Below, piece by piece: positions 38,732 to 52,112 of a stretch of 64,000 nucleotides of DNA. Both the position numbers and the translations under genes were made by a program. The notes beneath the pieces were generated by a model. The model ran no database searches. It was not told the DNA's origin and saw nothing but the letters and a program-made list of their open reading frames with translations. Each line of letters opens with the position of its first letter. Positions within the stretch are counted from its first letter, which is position 1. The DNA is from Leptogorgia sarmentosa. Taxonomy: Eukaryota. The stretch is from the NCBI GenBank assembly GCA_964658305.1, contig OZ210885.1:2790001-2854000 (forward strand), read 5' to 3'.

Positions 38732-41700
38732 TCAGTTTTCACTGTTCGCTTTTTCTTCACTTCCGTAGCACGAGTCGTTTTCATCTGTGCCAGAAGGATT
38801 GTCATCCTCTGTACTAATCGTCAGGCCTTCGTCTGTAGTTGAAGGGATTTCATCCGTTTTTGCTTTGCTCTCGTCTAAGGTTGTAGAATTTTCCTACAAA
38901 GAAGATACCACAGAAACTTCTAGACGAATTATGTATACAATCAGTCTCAAAGCACTTATATAGACTCCGCGGCACATATCAAATTGAATACCTTCAAGAC
39001 GAGTGTGGGCATGGGCGTACCGGGCGGGGGGGGCGGGTTTGTTGGGCAAACAAGGCCAGTCGGGCAATATTCGCCTCACAGTCGGGTAAATGATTGTCGT
39101 ACACACTGATATTACATGATAAATTAACCTGTGAATGTATTATGTATACGTATTAATTAAATTTAAGGCGAATATGAGTATCAATTACAAAATAAAAGTC
39201 GGGCAATTTTCTAGAATTGCCGACCGCCCCCCTGAAAAATGTTGGCCGGTACGCCCATGAGTGTGGGTCTTAAATCAACGATGATATATTACCGAATTTA
39301 ATAACAACTAAAACTAAACACATAGAAAATGTGATAAGAGTAACAGCGACCCTAAACTTGAGCCCCGATGACCACCAATAATTTTTCGACTTTTTCACTC
39401 GTTTTGTTGCTTGAAAACATTGTACATATTTAGTAATACTATCCTAGAAGTAGGGGCTGCTATTTATTGGCGAAGTTTGTTCACGAGACATTGATTTTTT
39501 CGACTTGTTTTATATTATACTATTACGCATGCGCATTTCCTTCATGTTTCTTGACCTTATGCTACCACAATCCTAAACAGGAAACAGTTGTACGTAGATA
39601 AATACACCTTCAACCTATTCTCTATTGAGGTGTGACGGAGGGGAACCCTTGATGTTATAGGGAACTTGTATGCTTCCCTCTCCGCCACTTGACCTCTTTT
39701 CTACTCGCCCGCAACGAAATAACATAGAAACATAGAAGCCATTCGTGAACGGAAAACTTTGGAGGTCCAAAATTTTATTAAATAATTTAGCAAGTGAAAT
39801 GGTAGTAGATGTTTAGACAAAATATCCTACCTGTAATTCATCAAGCCAAGGCGGTGGCGCTTGATCAGGACACCTCTTGAAAGCAAATTTATATACCACG
39901 AATCCACTCAAACCAACAGCTTTCCAGTACTTTTCCACCGTATAAAGTCCTATACAGAAAGGAATTATAAACCTGGACTGGACTCATTTGTAAAACATGG
40001 ACTGGACTCATTTGTATAACATGAACTGGACTCATTTGTAAAACATGGACAGGACTCATTTGTAAAACCCGGACTGGACTCATTCGTAAAACCTGGACTG
40101 GACTCATTCGTAAAACCTGGACTGGACTCAATTGTAAAACCTGGACTGGACTCATTTGTAAAACCTGGACTGGACTCATTTGTAAAACCTGGACTGGACT
40201 CAATTGTAAAACTTGGACTGGACTCATTTGTAAAACCTGGACTGGACTCATTTGTAAAACTTAGACTGGACTCATTTGTAAAACCTGGACTGGACTCAAT
40301 TGTAAAACCTGGACTGGACTCATTTGTAAAACATGGACTGGACTCAATTGTAAAACCTGGACTGGACTCATTTGTAAAACTTAGACTGGACTCATTTGTA
40401 AAACCTGGACTGGACTCAATTGTAAAACCTGGACTGGACTCATTTGTAAAACCTGGACTGGACTCATTTGTAAAACCTGGACTGGACTCAATTGTAAAAC
40501 TTGGACTGGATTCATTTGTAAAACCTGGACTAGACTCAATTTATCACTCGTGATATATATAATGATAAGCGTCAATAATTTTGAAAGTCAAAGTATTTGA
40601 CACCCAAATATGAAGTATATCCAGCTAACTCACCATCGTAACGATATCCTTCCGCTGGTGCATAAGGACTGTTCAGTTTGTAACCTCTCACAACACGTAC
40701 AGGATTTCGATTTTCAACATTCTTGCTTAGTGCTAGGTTACCTGAAAACCACAATAGTTGCTACATTCAATAATTAACACCGATGTCGAAGTGATTATCG
40801 GTGAATATTCATACACCGAGACGAAGACGTGTTTGATCGTGTATACTTTCAGCAGTAAAATATGCATAAATTAGGTTGAAATCGCGACATGCACTTCCGT
40901 CATGAATATAATTTACTTCCTTCCTTCCTTTCATTCTTTCTTTTTAAATACGCGACAACTAAAATAATCGGAAATTCGTTAAAACAGCAACCCTTGAGAA
41001 CGTCGAATAGCGAGGAGAGTGCATTAGTTACAAAAATTATCATGCACAATATAAACCACTCAATTTAAAACGTTGAAGAAGTTGTTCATGATCATAAAGT
41101 TCATTCATGAACTTCTTTAATAAATTGTAATTGCATATCACAAAAAACCTCATCCAATAATTGTTAATTATAGTGCCTCAGATTTACTAGTAAGACAACC
41201 AATCAAAATGCTTGAAAACCATTATTCACTTGAATTCATACTAATGATTTCCGGTAGCCATGTTGAAGAAAGCCTTCTGGTAAATAATGCCTCACATTTA
41301 CCATTGAACCACTTTTTTTACTAAGTGAAATTATACTAAAAAAATTATTGAAGTTGGATATGTGATTGTGGGATTGTGAACGCCTCGGTTTGTGCATTGA
41401 TATAATTCCTCATATCTTTATCTTATATAGGAAATACATTAAGAAATACTATATTTACAATGGAAGAGATGTATTAAAGTGCTACTGTGGTGAAATTTTC
41501 ATTTTTCTATTTTTTGCATTAATGTAAAGATCACGTATAGAGAAGTTGTTTCGCAAAATTTTAGCGCAATATCTCAAATAGTCATGCAGTTACACGAAGA
41601 TAAATTTCGAATTTTTACAGCCGCCATTAAAATCCGCCATATTGAAAGGTCAACCACTTCGGAGGTCTTTGACGTCATAGTCTTAACTCAACCTTTGTCT

Positions 41701-44700
41701 GTGTTAAAATCGGTAGTATAATACAGTATATCAAGGTCCGTAATACTGCCAAAATTCACCTTTTTCGAACGTTCATTCAACGCATTTTGTTCTAGAGGAA
41801 TGTGGCCATGATGCCACAAAATCTACTGGTACATATAATTGCATACGAGCCGCAATCTTAGAGGGAAATATGGGCGAAGTTTGCGCAAAGAAACCGCGTC
41901 AATTTTACATTTGCGGAAATTTTGCTCATTGCACTGTTCACACTGTACGATTTGTTCGCACTATTTCTTAGCCGATTGGACAGTTAAAATGGTACGTGTG
42001 ACAAGACGCCTCTTTCTGCGCTATGCTATTTGAAAAAAAGTAGCTTGGTTTACAATTTATTGATTGAAATTATAGCATATGGTTATATTACTCAATTATT
42101 AAACAGCAGCCATATTTCGTGCAATACCATCTAACAGACTCAATTTACGCGAGGCTTCACTATTGTCTGTATTCGATTCTTAATTCAAAACTGTATGGGG
42201 ATATTTTAATGCCAGCCTATACTTCAGTATTAAATACTAAGGACAATGGAAGCAATAGACAAATGTCTTTGAGGTGTTTTGGCCTCCTCAAATTACCAAT
42301 GTCCATATGTGATATGTCCATTTAAGACACAGCAAACATTTTAGGGAAAAAAGGTCTTTTTCCAGCCATCGTCATCCTGATATATTGTGTATCGTTACTA
42401 TAACTGTTCAAGAAATCAGTGCACGTATGATTCTGTGGCTCATTGCAGCAATGATATAGGATTTTTTCATTGTTCAAATCACGGCTGACATATAACATCA
42501 ATGGCATGCAATCTTCTATAGCTGAAAGGAAGGATCTTCAAGCGTGACTGCCAAATTTGTGCTAGTAAGAAACCATCAGTATTATTGATTAAGCTGAGTT
42601 TGCAGTGCGATCATAGATGAGGTGACAGGCTAATAAAACGCTAGAAAATCGATACCATATAAAAGCGCACTGTACATTTTGTATGGTATTCAACTTGCGC
42701 TCATGTTGTGCGTTAAGACTATGACGTCACAAACCTTCGCGGCGCAATATTTTCAAGATGGCGCATTTTAATGGCGGACAGCGATTTTAGACATTTCAAA
42801 TGCTCATAAATCTGCGGTTGTTCATTACATTCGCTTGTAATTTTGCAGAAGCGCTTGTGGCACAATACTAAGGCTATTTATTCATGAATGGTGGTCTTTT
42901 CTGATCACGAGTTTTCACCACAGTAGCACTTTAAGTAAAACGTTTTAGTAACTAAAAATTCTTTAAAAATGTTTAGGGGGTCCTGGACACTAAGAAATAA
43001 GACGTCTTTATTTATTTATGCGTAGCAGTAGACATCTCCTCGCTATTCGACGCTCTCAACTCTCAAGGCTTGCTACGCCCCCCCCCCCCTCCGCCCATCA
43101 CACTTTAAAAGCAGATGGCTGCGCCTGCGATTGCCAATATTAAACCCATAGCATGCATTTACCTCTTGTTAAAGTCTGATCTTTGGACTGTGGTGCAGTT
43201 CGCAAATTCTAAAAGAAATGATGTTCAAGATTAGTGCACCAAAATTAGATCATTGGTTGTTAGAAGTACAATTATTTCCACAATTGAATTGCAGTGTACT
43301 GCAGTAATGATTTTCGAAACAAAATGGCAGACGCAGAATTCGAACAGAAGCGAAATTGCTTTACAGGAAACAAACGTGCTCTATCTAGAGAGCACCAAAA
43401 CAATCATCATATATATGAATATACACCCCCCCTCCCCCCCCCCAAGAAAATTAACGTTCTAGTTTCGCCTCTAACAAAGGTGCTGAAAGTTAAAAACTCT
43501 ACCTATAATTTTGGGGATTTTATCCTTGGCTGCTTGCTATACTACTCAAATTGATCTTCCGAGTAATTCGGCCCATGATAGTTATACAGTAAGACACGAC
43601 TTTGAAAAAATGTTACAGTCACCCGTGGCGGGTGAGTATAGTATCGCCTGATATTTGGAAATTTTCGACCAATCAGAACGTGGTAGTTGTTTCAAAATTT
43701 ATACTAATTCTTAAAAAATGTTATAAACAATATTATGGATTATAAAAATAGAACGATGGAATCAGGAATCGCATTGATTTCATAAATTATACCTTTGGAT
43801 TAGCTTTTGTGCCTTTTAGATCACGCCCCCCTAAAAAGACACATTAACGTATTGAACGTATTCTTCGTTTGCATATGACGTCATAACCTGTCAATCGGCG
43901 CCATCTTGGTTGACACTTCGGAGTTCATTTCAACTATTACAGTGAATAAGCTCAGCTATTTCACTATTTCTTGGTACATTTTGAAACTCACAACCATGCT
44001 CAACGTATTATTGACAAATTGAAAAAGCGTTCGTTTCTAATGGTTGTGCTATTATGCACGTGTTTTGACATGTCAACCAAGATGGCGGCCAATTGCAAAC
44101 CACCTATTGTACAGGATACCGTTGTGAAATATCTTTTATTATGTCAGCATGTTGCTTTGACATTATGCCTGATCGAAGTACTGAACAAAAATTCGTAATT
44201 TGCAGTCTGTGTTTGCAATAATACTACAGCCGACAAATTTGAAGATTTGAACACTGCAAATTATGAGTTTAATATATAAAGCAAATTCGGTTTTGCAAAT
44301 TCCAACAAAATCATCAATTTCCAAATTTAGACCGCAATTAAAACCTGTATGGAAACTGGAAAGTTGGAAGGGACAGTGCAATAATAAGTAGACAAGGCCA
44401 ATCATAGAACCAATAATTATAAAAGTGTAAACAACTTTTGAGGTATTTTGTTAAGAGATAATGGGGCATCTTTCAGATTTTCTTTCTTCAATTTCAACTC
44501 CTAAAGTTTCCTCCGACTTTGCGTTGTGGCTAATATTTCAATTGATTGAATAATAAAAACAAACTTGAAGACTGCACTTTCAAAACGACCTTAAATCGAC
44601 AGTAAAATGAACTTTGAAAATACGAAGGATATCTTGACTTGGACTTTGATACGCTAGGAACGACTCACTTTATTTCAACGTTGAATTCGCCAACACATAC

Positions 44701-47700
44701 CTTCTCCAGTGTAAGTGAAACATTCACCATAATCCAAATCATCTTCGTAACCGCCTGATAACGCAATAGAATAACATCCCTCGTCACCACCATGGATACC
44801 AGCGACCGTAGGCCTAACAATTTGAATACATAATTCGTATGTACTATATATTACTCAAAAAAGGTTTTGCAATTTATAGCACCTACACAGGTTATCCCAT
44901 AAAGCTATAATTGCCTCAAAAAGAAAGGGGTCAAAGTTAACGCGAGGGTTGGTGGTATTAAGGATAACAGGCAAAACCCAAATTATTGAGAGCTACGTAT
45001 TTATAGAGAATTATATGTACATGCATGTCTACTGTACCTGTGAACACCATCGTGTGAACACGACATGCGAAAGTGCCAAAAGGTTCCGACAGGAACGTCT
45101 GTAGAAAAAGGAAAATGTAATTTGAGCACATTTAGGCAGATCGAAACTTCAACTCTTGCCGTTGTTCGCTGTTGTGATAGATCTGCTACCCACACTAGCT
45201 ACGTTTGTCGTTGGTACTTGGAAATTTAACTCTGATTCGTATAACGACCACTGAAGTCACGACCACTTCAAATGTCCTTATCCAATTACCTGGTATGCTT
45301 CCATAAATCCTCTCAGTAAATTTTGGTCTTCGTTTCCGATAATCAGGATCTTCTTCGTCATCATCGTCAACGTAACTTTCATTTGGCGACTGCTCTACAA
45401 CACTCCCATTCTAAACCATACGAAAGATTGCGTTATTTTAATATTGTATTTCAATATTAAACAATAATTTCAGAGCTCCTATGGACCAATTGCATAATAG
45501 ACAAAATTTTTAAAAAGTTCGAAATAGTACAATTCATAACAATAGCGTGAAAGAGCATCCCAAAATTAGTAAAATTGCAAAGTTTGGGTGCAAAATGTTG
45601 TAAAATACGGAAAATATAACCGTGCAAAGTAGGGAAAATTTGTATACTTTTGTATTACGTGCGTGAATTGCTAACAAAATTAGTTACTTCATTTCGCACG
45701 TTATACAAATGTATACAAATTTTCCCTACCTTGCACGGTTATATTTTCCGTATTCTACATTATAATATAAGTAGGGTAAAATCTGCAACGTGATTGGCTA
45801 ATGAGCGTGCATTATAACAGCGTAATGCACGCATCTAGCTATTAAATTTCTCCCGCGACTCTTTGGTTTGACAAAAAGACAATAAAAATACATATATACT
45901 AAAAATACATCCATAAAAAACGCTTGAATTGTTTGCTTTCGCTCAGCTAAAGGAATAAAGCTGTGTTGCTGCTTGGCAACATTTGAGAACACGCTTGATT
46001 ACATGTAAAGAGAATTGTAATTTTGATCTTCCTAACGAAGTTTTTTGTTGCGCTAATATTCTCTTATATTAGAAAAGAAATAGAAAAACTCGTCGCGTGC
46101 CATTATGCTGTTATAATTGCACTCGGGTAATGTTGTGAGAATACTCGAGAATCGCGTAAAACACTCAGCTACGCCTCGTGTTTTACGCGATTCTCTCGTA
46201 TTCTCCCAACATTTCCCTCGTGCATTATAACAGCATAATGGAACGCGACTCGTTATCTATTTCTTAAGTAAAATTTCTACTCTAGTCTATGGGTAAACAA
46301 TACAGTACAATAAGATTTGACATTTTGAGCAAACTAGGCCCTTTGAAACATAGAATCTTACTTATCTTATTTTATCTTTTACATGAACAATTACTATCAT
46401 ACTTTAGTAGAATCATACTCGTATACTATTGCAAATGCTGCAATGTGATTGGCTACTCTACTCGATATCTATTCCTCGATAGATAGCGAGTAGCAAAATA
46501 TGTGAATTTTCGTTCAAGAAAATGTCTTCTGAGACGCGTTTTTAAATTATTTTTTGCAATATTTTCATGTTTGATCTCTGATTCTACTAAAACAATTAGA
46601 TTACTCGCTCTCGATTTCTACGAGATGATAGTTTCAACTCACCTCATAGAAATCTCGAGCTCGTAATCTAATTGTTAAATAGCTAACAAGGGTGGATTGG
46701 GGTCCAGATATTTGTTCACATACTATATTTTTCCCGAGGGATACAATGCAGTGCATAGTATAATTTTACAGTATACTGTATTTACCTCTATATTAGCTAA
46801 ACGAGATCGCTTTGACCTTGTCATGTAGCCATTAAACGTCCTCTCCACTGCACTATCTGATAACTTGACAGAGGTTTTGTTGTTCTGCTTTTTATCATAA
46901 TTCCTTTTTCTTTTAACACCTTGAGTTTTCTTAGCAGCCACGTGTTTTGGTTTCGCCAGATCATCAACCTAATAAATTATCATATTCAATAAACATTAGG
47001 TACATATGAACTAAGCAATATTTAATTGTCATGATGCACATCATGTAAACAGTACTACAAAAAGATAAAAATTATCAGAAATCATAAACAAGCAGCAAAG
47101 ATTCTACTCACTAGCTAACAATATGGACAGATTTAATGTTTTAAGCAAAGACCCTTCATCAGGTATATCTGGCAACATGTGGCAGTACCGGTACGCCATA
47201 CTAATTCCTAATAAAGAGCCTAATTGCTTGAAATGTCAAAATGATTCGTTCAAGTATAATGCATTTCTGTGTTACAGTGTTACTTGTGTTTCTTGTTTAA
47301 GTTTTATTTAGCAATACTTAGCTAAGTAATTGGGTGTGTACAAATCATCCTTACTTGCAGGTAATAGCATTTAGCTGAATTGTGAATGACACAGAACATT
47401 AACAAGAGGAAGGCTTAATCGTAAGGGGGCCTCTAGCACTGTCACCATTTAACTCATGAATGTCTGATCACTGAGCATAGCTATGGTGGAAAGGCCATTT
47501 GGAGACAATCAGAGATAGAGGTTAAACCCACCCCACCCTTGGCTAGTGGGTTACTCAGAGAAAATTCCCAAACTTTTACTACCCATAACTCTGATCGACT
47601 CTCCTCCCAAAATTTATTTGTAAAAAACCAATCAAAATGGGAAATATTTGCTGCAATCTGGGAGAGTATGTTGATCCTAATTACGTTCACATGCAGGCTC

Positions 47701-47847
47701 AGGGACAGGACTGTCCTGGCGTTAATATTTTAGGTAATTTTAAACAAAATCACTTACCAAACCAGGTATTTCGAGACTTCGCAAGATGCTCTTATTATAT
47801 TCGATGTTTTTCAAGCGTTGTATTTCGTAAGCACTCAGCTCATTCAT
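38732..47847 (-). CDS. Stand-alone SRA/YDG-domain protein (~346 aa; UHRF1-like SRA without UBL/TTD/PHD/RING)
   Basis: Ten phase-compatible exons: 47847-47758, 46968-46786, 45410-45290, 45098-45038, 44813-44701, 43830-43793, 43208-43163, 40741-40634, 39949-39831, 38893-38732 (1041 nt). SRA motifs [72 protein letters not shown]. Confidence 0.92.
39010..39259. mobile_element. hAT-type MITE (CATGGGCGTAC family) in SRA-gene intron 9
   Basis: TIR CATGGGCGTACCGG / CCGGTACGCCCATG. Perfect 8-bp TSD AGTGTGGG (39002-39009, 39260-39267). Confidence 0.92.
39968..40541. repeat. Minisatellite, 24-bp unit, about 24 copies, in SRA-gene intron 8
   Basis: Unit AAAACCTGGACTGGACTCATTTGT with recurring variants. 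Confidence 0.97.
41478..42930. mobile_element. Non-autonomous Kolobok-like DNA transposon (1453 bp)
   Basis: TIR AGTGCTACTGTGGTGAAA / TTTCACCACAGTAGCACT with TTAA on both sides (41474-41477, 42931-42934). Inverted subterminal motifs CCGCCATTAAAAT and TGACGTCATAGTCTTAAC. Confidence 0.85.
45600..45760. repeat. Palindromic MITE-like hairpin
   Basis: ATACGGAAAATATAACCGTGCAAAGTAGGGAAAATTTGTATAC pairs with GTATACAAATTTTCCCTACCTTGCACGGTTATATTTTCCGTAT. Confidence 0.75.
46075..46265. repeat. Long imperfect palindromic repeat
   Basis: About 90-bp arms around AGCTAC. Comparable hairpin repeats lie at ~3880-4050, ~53605-53780, ~57450-57560 and ~60740-60910. Confidence 0.75.
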
Positions 47848-50596
47848 TGTTTATAGTGGAGTACTGGATATCACAGAACTTTGTTCCTTCCAATTTCCAA
47901 ACAAAAGCACCGCACAGTATAAATTTTATCACCGCAACTATTCTCCTTGCAGAAGGCTTCAGTTTATTTATACCAATTGAAAACAACACTGAATAACAGA
48001 AACCAAACCTCAAAATTTGCAATTTTGTACAGCACTGCTTTGCACCTCCAGTAATTTGCCCAATTGGCTTTCCACCGAATTGCACGTGTTTACTACGGTG
48101 TGGTGTTGTACACACTGAAACATAATTATAATAATTATAAGAGTATTTTTCAGTGGTATTTATATAGCTCAGTGGGGTTGACATAACGGTCCGATCGCGT
48201 CCGATGGTGTGCGAATCATAACCGAAGATTCCAACGCAATATAACGAAGATTTCAATGAAGATTCAAGATAGACGACGAACTTTGGGTGAGATTCCATTT
48301 TAACAATCCCGGATCGAACAACTTAATCTCTAATTCTAATCCTAAAAACCAACTCTAGCTCGAACCCCAGGGCCGCCGCTAATATTCCATAAAGGAGGGG
48401 CCGGAATACCTTTCGCCGCCCAATAATTATTCGCACTGTTCTGATCCTTCGAGGCTCGTAATTGTCTAGGCCCCCTTCATCATCCGTGTAACCAGGTGAC
48501 ACATAGGTTTTATGGTCTTTTATTTGGGTTTTATGTGTAACAAGGTGAGAAAGCTGGTGATTTTACAAAATACGAAAAACAACAACGGGCCCGCAAACGC
48601 CAACGTGTCTCCCCCCCCCCCCCTGTCCGAGCGTGAATAGCCAATGAGGGTTCGATAAGCATTTAAAGCGCGCGAAACCCGCATGCGGGACAAAACACGC
48701 ACGGTACTATATAAGTGGGCAAATGCACTTTGATTCTTTTTTTCAGTATTGGCATATACGCCATTTCGATGAGAAGTTGTACCCTTTCCCTCAGCGACTT
48801 CCCTGATCTCTGCAGGGAAAACAAGGCTCAGGTCGTTACTGACATTATAAGCATGCGCAGGAGGTCCCAAGAAGCCAAGAACTCGGCTCATCTCGTCATG
48901 ACGTCATGCCACAGATTAGATATCCTACCAGATGTCTCACTTCATGGTTTCACAACGTAAATACATTCGTTGTTTGCGATTTTCTTCTGTGATCACTGAT
49001 CACGAATCTCTTAGATGAAGCTGTTCACCGACACTGCCAAAAGCATGGCGGACACTATGACACTGAGTTATATCGCTCAAGAGCGTGTGGACTAATAAAT
49101 TATTCCTAATTTAATACAATTTGAACTATTCTTATCAGTTATCATTTAGAAACTATAATAATTGTAGAAAATAACTTTATATGAATTCATTATCTTTCCT
49201 CGGACCCTCGGCGAAAGATGATATTGTTGTATCAGAGCGTGTGGACTAATCTTAGTGTGTGGACACCGCGATCGATGCAAATTAGCCGTTATTTGACAAA
49301 TTTCCGGCTTCAGCGTAAGTACCTCAGCTTCAGCGCTGACGTCAGTGAGGTGAGCTGGCGTTGTGAGGTTTTTGTGCTTGAGCAGAAAATGTTGAGCGAA
49401 AGATGATAGTATTGTATAACTAAAAAAGTATTGTGTACATACATACATATACACAAACTTGAAACGTTATGTGGATTGCGCCTACCAACTTCGTCAGTTC
49501 GGATATGCATACAAAAAATTTGTGACAGAAATATCGCTGGCGCTTTCAGCTTTCTCGATATATGAGTAACCGAAAAATAAAAATAGTAAAATTAATAACT
49601 TTGACCCAAACAACTATTCTAACTCTGACCAATTTCGGTTGCTCATATAACGATTATCGAGAAAGGGCCGCCATCTGTTGTCATTCCAATAATATATTTT
49701 ATCAACTGCAGTTCAGCGTAAACGTCCCCTTCCCCCTTTCTCCCCAAAACAGTTTAGACCGTTGATTTAATGCGGGTACATATAATTATCAGGGACATTT
49801 CACTCGATATTTTCTGCTCAAGCACCAAAACCGCACAACGCAAGCCCACGTCAGCGCTGAAGCTCATGCTGAGGCACTTACGCTGAAACCGGAAATTTAA
49901 ATTGTCAAATAACGGCTAGCGCTAATTTTACTAATTTGAATGGATTACGCTGTAACAACTTTAATTGCTTCAGCTGTAAAGCCATGATCAAACGAGATGC
50001 GGTGATGATCGCACGTTTCAACTTTTGGGGCATGGAAACGAGGGAGCGAATGATTTGAAAAATGTTGGATAAGCGGGCAATGGAGTTAAATTGTTTAAAA
50101 GACACATGTAAAGCACACTGTTTGCGTGGATAATACAAAAAAAACATGCATAGCTTTTCACAAAGTATTCGTGCATAATACTATTCACATTTCTTTATGA
50201 AATCATTCATTCACTTATTGTCATACCTCAGATGTTAAAACGTGCGATGGCTTGCGTCTCATTTGACCCGGACTTAGCTGCTTTAATGCTGAGTTGATGC
50301 TGACGTACTTAATAGTAAATTCCTTTTACTGGGAAAACATATTTATTACAAAACCGTAAATTGCTGTTTTTATGACGTAAATCGGTTTGGACAATCCCAA
50401 TGCCCTCTTACTATAAAGGAGGTGGACAGTTATTTGAGTCATTATACACGAGTGCATGGTGTAAGCCGTAGGGAAGTTGATCTATCTGGTAATTCATTGA
50501 AAGGTAAGATTCTTAGAGTGATTTTTTTATTGTAACGCTTTACTTGGCTCTCAGAAACTATTTGGCAGTTAGATTACGAGTTCGGGGTTTCTAATA

Positions 50597-51182
50597 CAGG
50601 GTGTCTCAAAAAAAAGGTAATCGAACTTTGGCATGCCATTGTGCGTTAATTACTGGGTGTACGAACGTGATTTTTGCATGGTCATAAAGATCAAGGTCTT
50701 AGCAGTTGAATGACATATTTGTTGTACGATATGGAAGAAAATCAGGCAAATGCGAGCGTGTTGAAAAATCTCGGTGAAAAACGCATTCTTTCACCTCTGA
50801 GAATTGCAGCTAAACTTATTCAAAATTAACTCCCTCTGGGACTCGAAGATGACGACCTTCCCTTCAACAATCGACCTGATTATGCATAATTATTAATAAT
50901 CCTGATAAAATCTTTGTTACCATGACACATTCGTGATGAATTGCATTTTTCTTTTGTTATGCACTGCTTTAATTAGGCACAGAGGTGAAAGAATGCGTTT
51001 TTCACCGAGATTTTTCAACACGCTCGCATTTGCCTGATTTTCTTCCATATCGTACAAGAAATAGGTCATTCAACTGCTAAGACCTTGATCTTTATGACCA
51101 TGCAAAAATCACGTTTGTACACCCAGTAATTAACGCACAATGGCATGCCAAAGTTCGATTACCTTTTTTTTGAGACACCCTG
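50597..51182. mobile_element. Tc1/mariner-type MITE with 203-bp TIRs
   Basis: CAGGGTGTCTCAAAA... arms at 50597-50799 and 50980-51182, TA on both sides. The paralogous empty site CTAATACAGAGG is at ~58219-58230. Confidence 0.95.
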
Positions 51183-51919
51183 TACAGAGGAGATTCCTAT
51201 TACATTTCCCCAGCCCAAAGTTTGACTAAATCTAAGTGCCTTAGAGCTCAAATGGCATGGTTGTGGCTGTCTTTCTCGAATTTTAATCCCATTCCCATTT
51301 CCTATTTCCCCGGCCAAAAATATCAGGTCTCGAAAATCAGGTCGCTTATTACAACATTTGCAATAATAATGCTAGTATGATTCCAAACACAAACATAAAC
51401 AGCAAAAGTTATATAAACTAAAAATGATAAAAATTCTAAAATTCGCCGTTTCGAGCTAAGGAGGTCCTTCGTCGATTACGAAGGGCCTTTCTCGTGACGT
51501 TTTGCAGTTTGCTCAAAACGCCAAATCCTCATGTATTGATAAAGGGACAGCTAGGATAATTTTGAACGAAATTTTAATAAAACCTTCATTGGGACTCCGA
51601 AGGGTTATTACTCGAAATGTCAAATCTTGTTGTATCGATATGGTTTAGGTACAGTGAGTATAACTTTTGCTGCTTCTAAAAGTTTTATTGCTGTACGGAA
51701 TCTTTACTGGATAAGAATACACATCATTTGTAAATAACAGCTTAATACATAAATCCCATCCACTCCAAATGGGAGTAGAAGCATCCCTAGAAGACGCATA
51801 TCAAAATCAGTAAAATAATTATTGTATATCGGGGTCACAAAATGCTGTGAAGTACGAATTTGGCAAATTTTGTATATTATTGTGTTACACGTGGAAATCA
51901 GTAACTAAACCAGTCCTAA

Positions 51920-52112
51920 AGGCCCATTTACACGAGCGATTTCGCTGCGATTTCTAGTGCGATTTTCTCCTTTTGACGGATGTGAACGAGTAAACCAGTC
52001 GGGAATGTAGAGTTGACGAAGCACACACTCAACACATCCGTTATTAATCCGCTTGTTCACATCTATCAAAAGGAGAAAATCGCAGCAAAAAATCGCTCGT
52101 GTAAACGAGCCT
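51920..52112. mobile_element. PIF/Harbinger-type MITE
   Basis: Ends AGGCCCATTTACACGAGCGA / TCGCTCGTGTAAACGAGCCT with TAA TSD. Empty site CCTAAAGTTG at ~59279-59288 in copy 2. Confidence 0.9.

Noticed and set aside
39889..40575. (MSPVQVLQ)n repeat-protein ORFs
   Set aside because: They come from an intronic 24-bp minisatellite. The flanking SRA exons splice in phase without them.
47112..47229. Possible extra exon of the SRA gene (AG...GTGAGT on the minus strand)
   Set aside because: Not phase-compatible with exons 1 and 2 and has a stop in the required frame. At most a poison exon, and unsupported.
48520..49080. CpG-richer region with CCAAT and TGACGTCA motifs; possible ncRNA or ORF
   Set aside because: No recognisable RNA family or protein motif. 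It is plausibly promoter or repeat sequence but cannot be supported from sequence alone.
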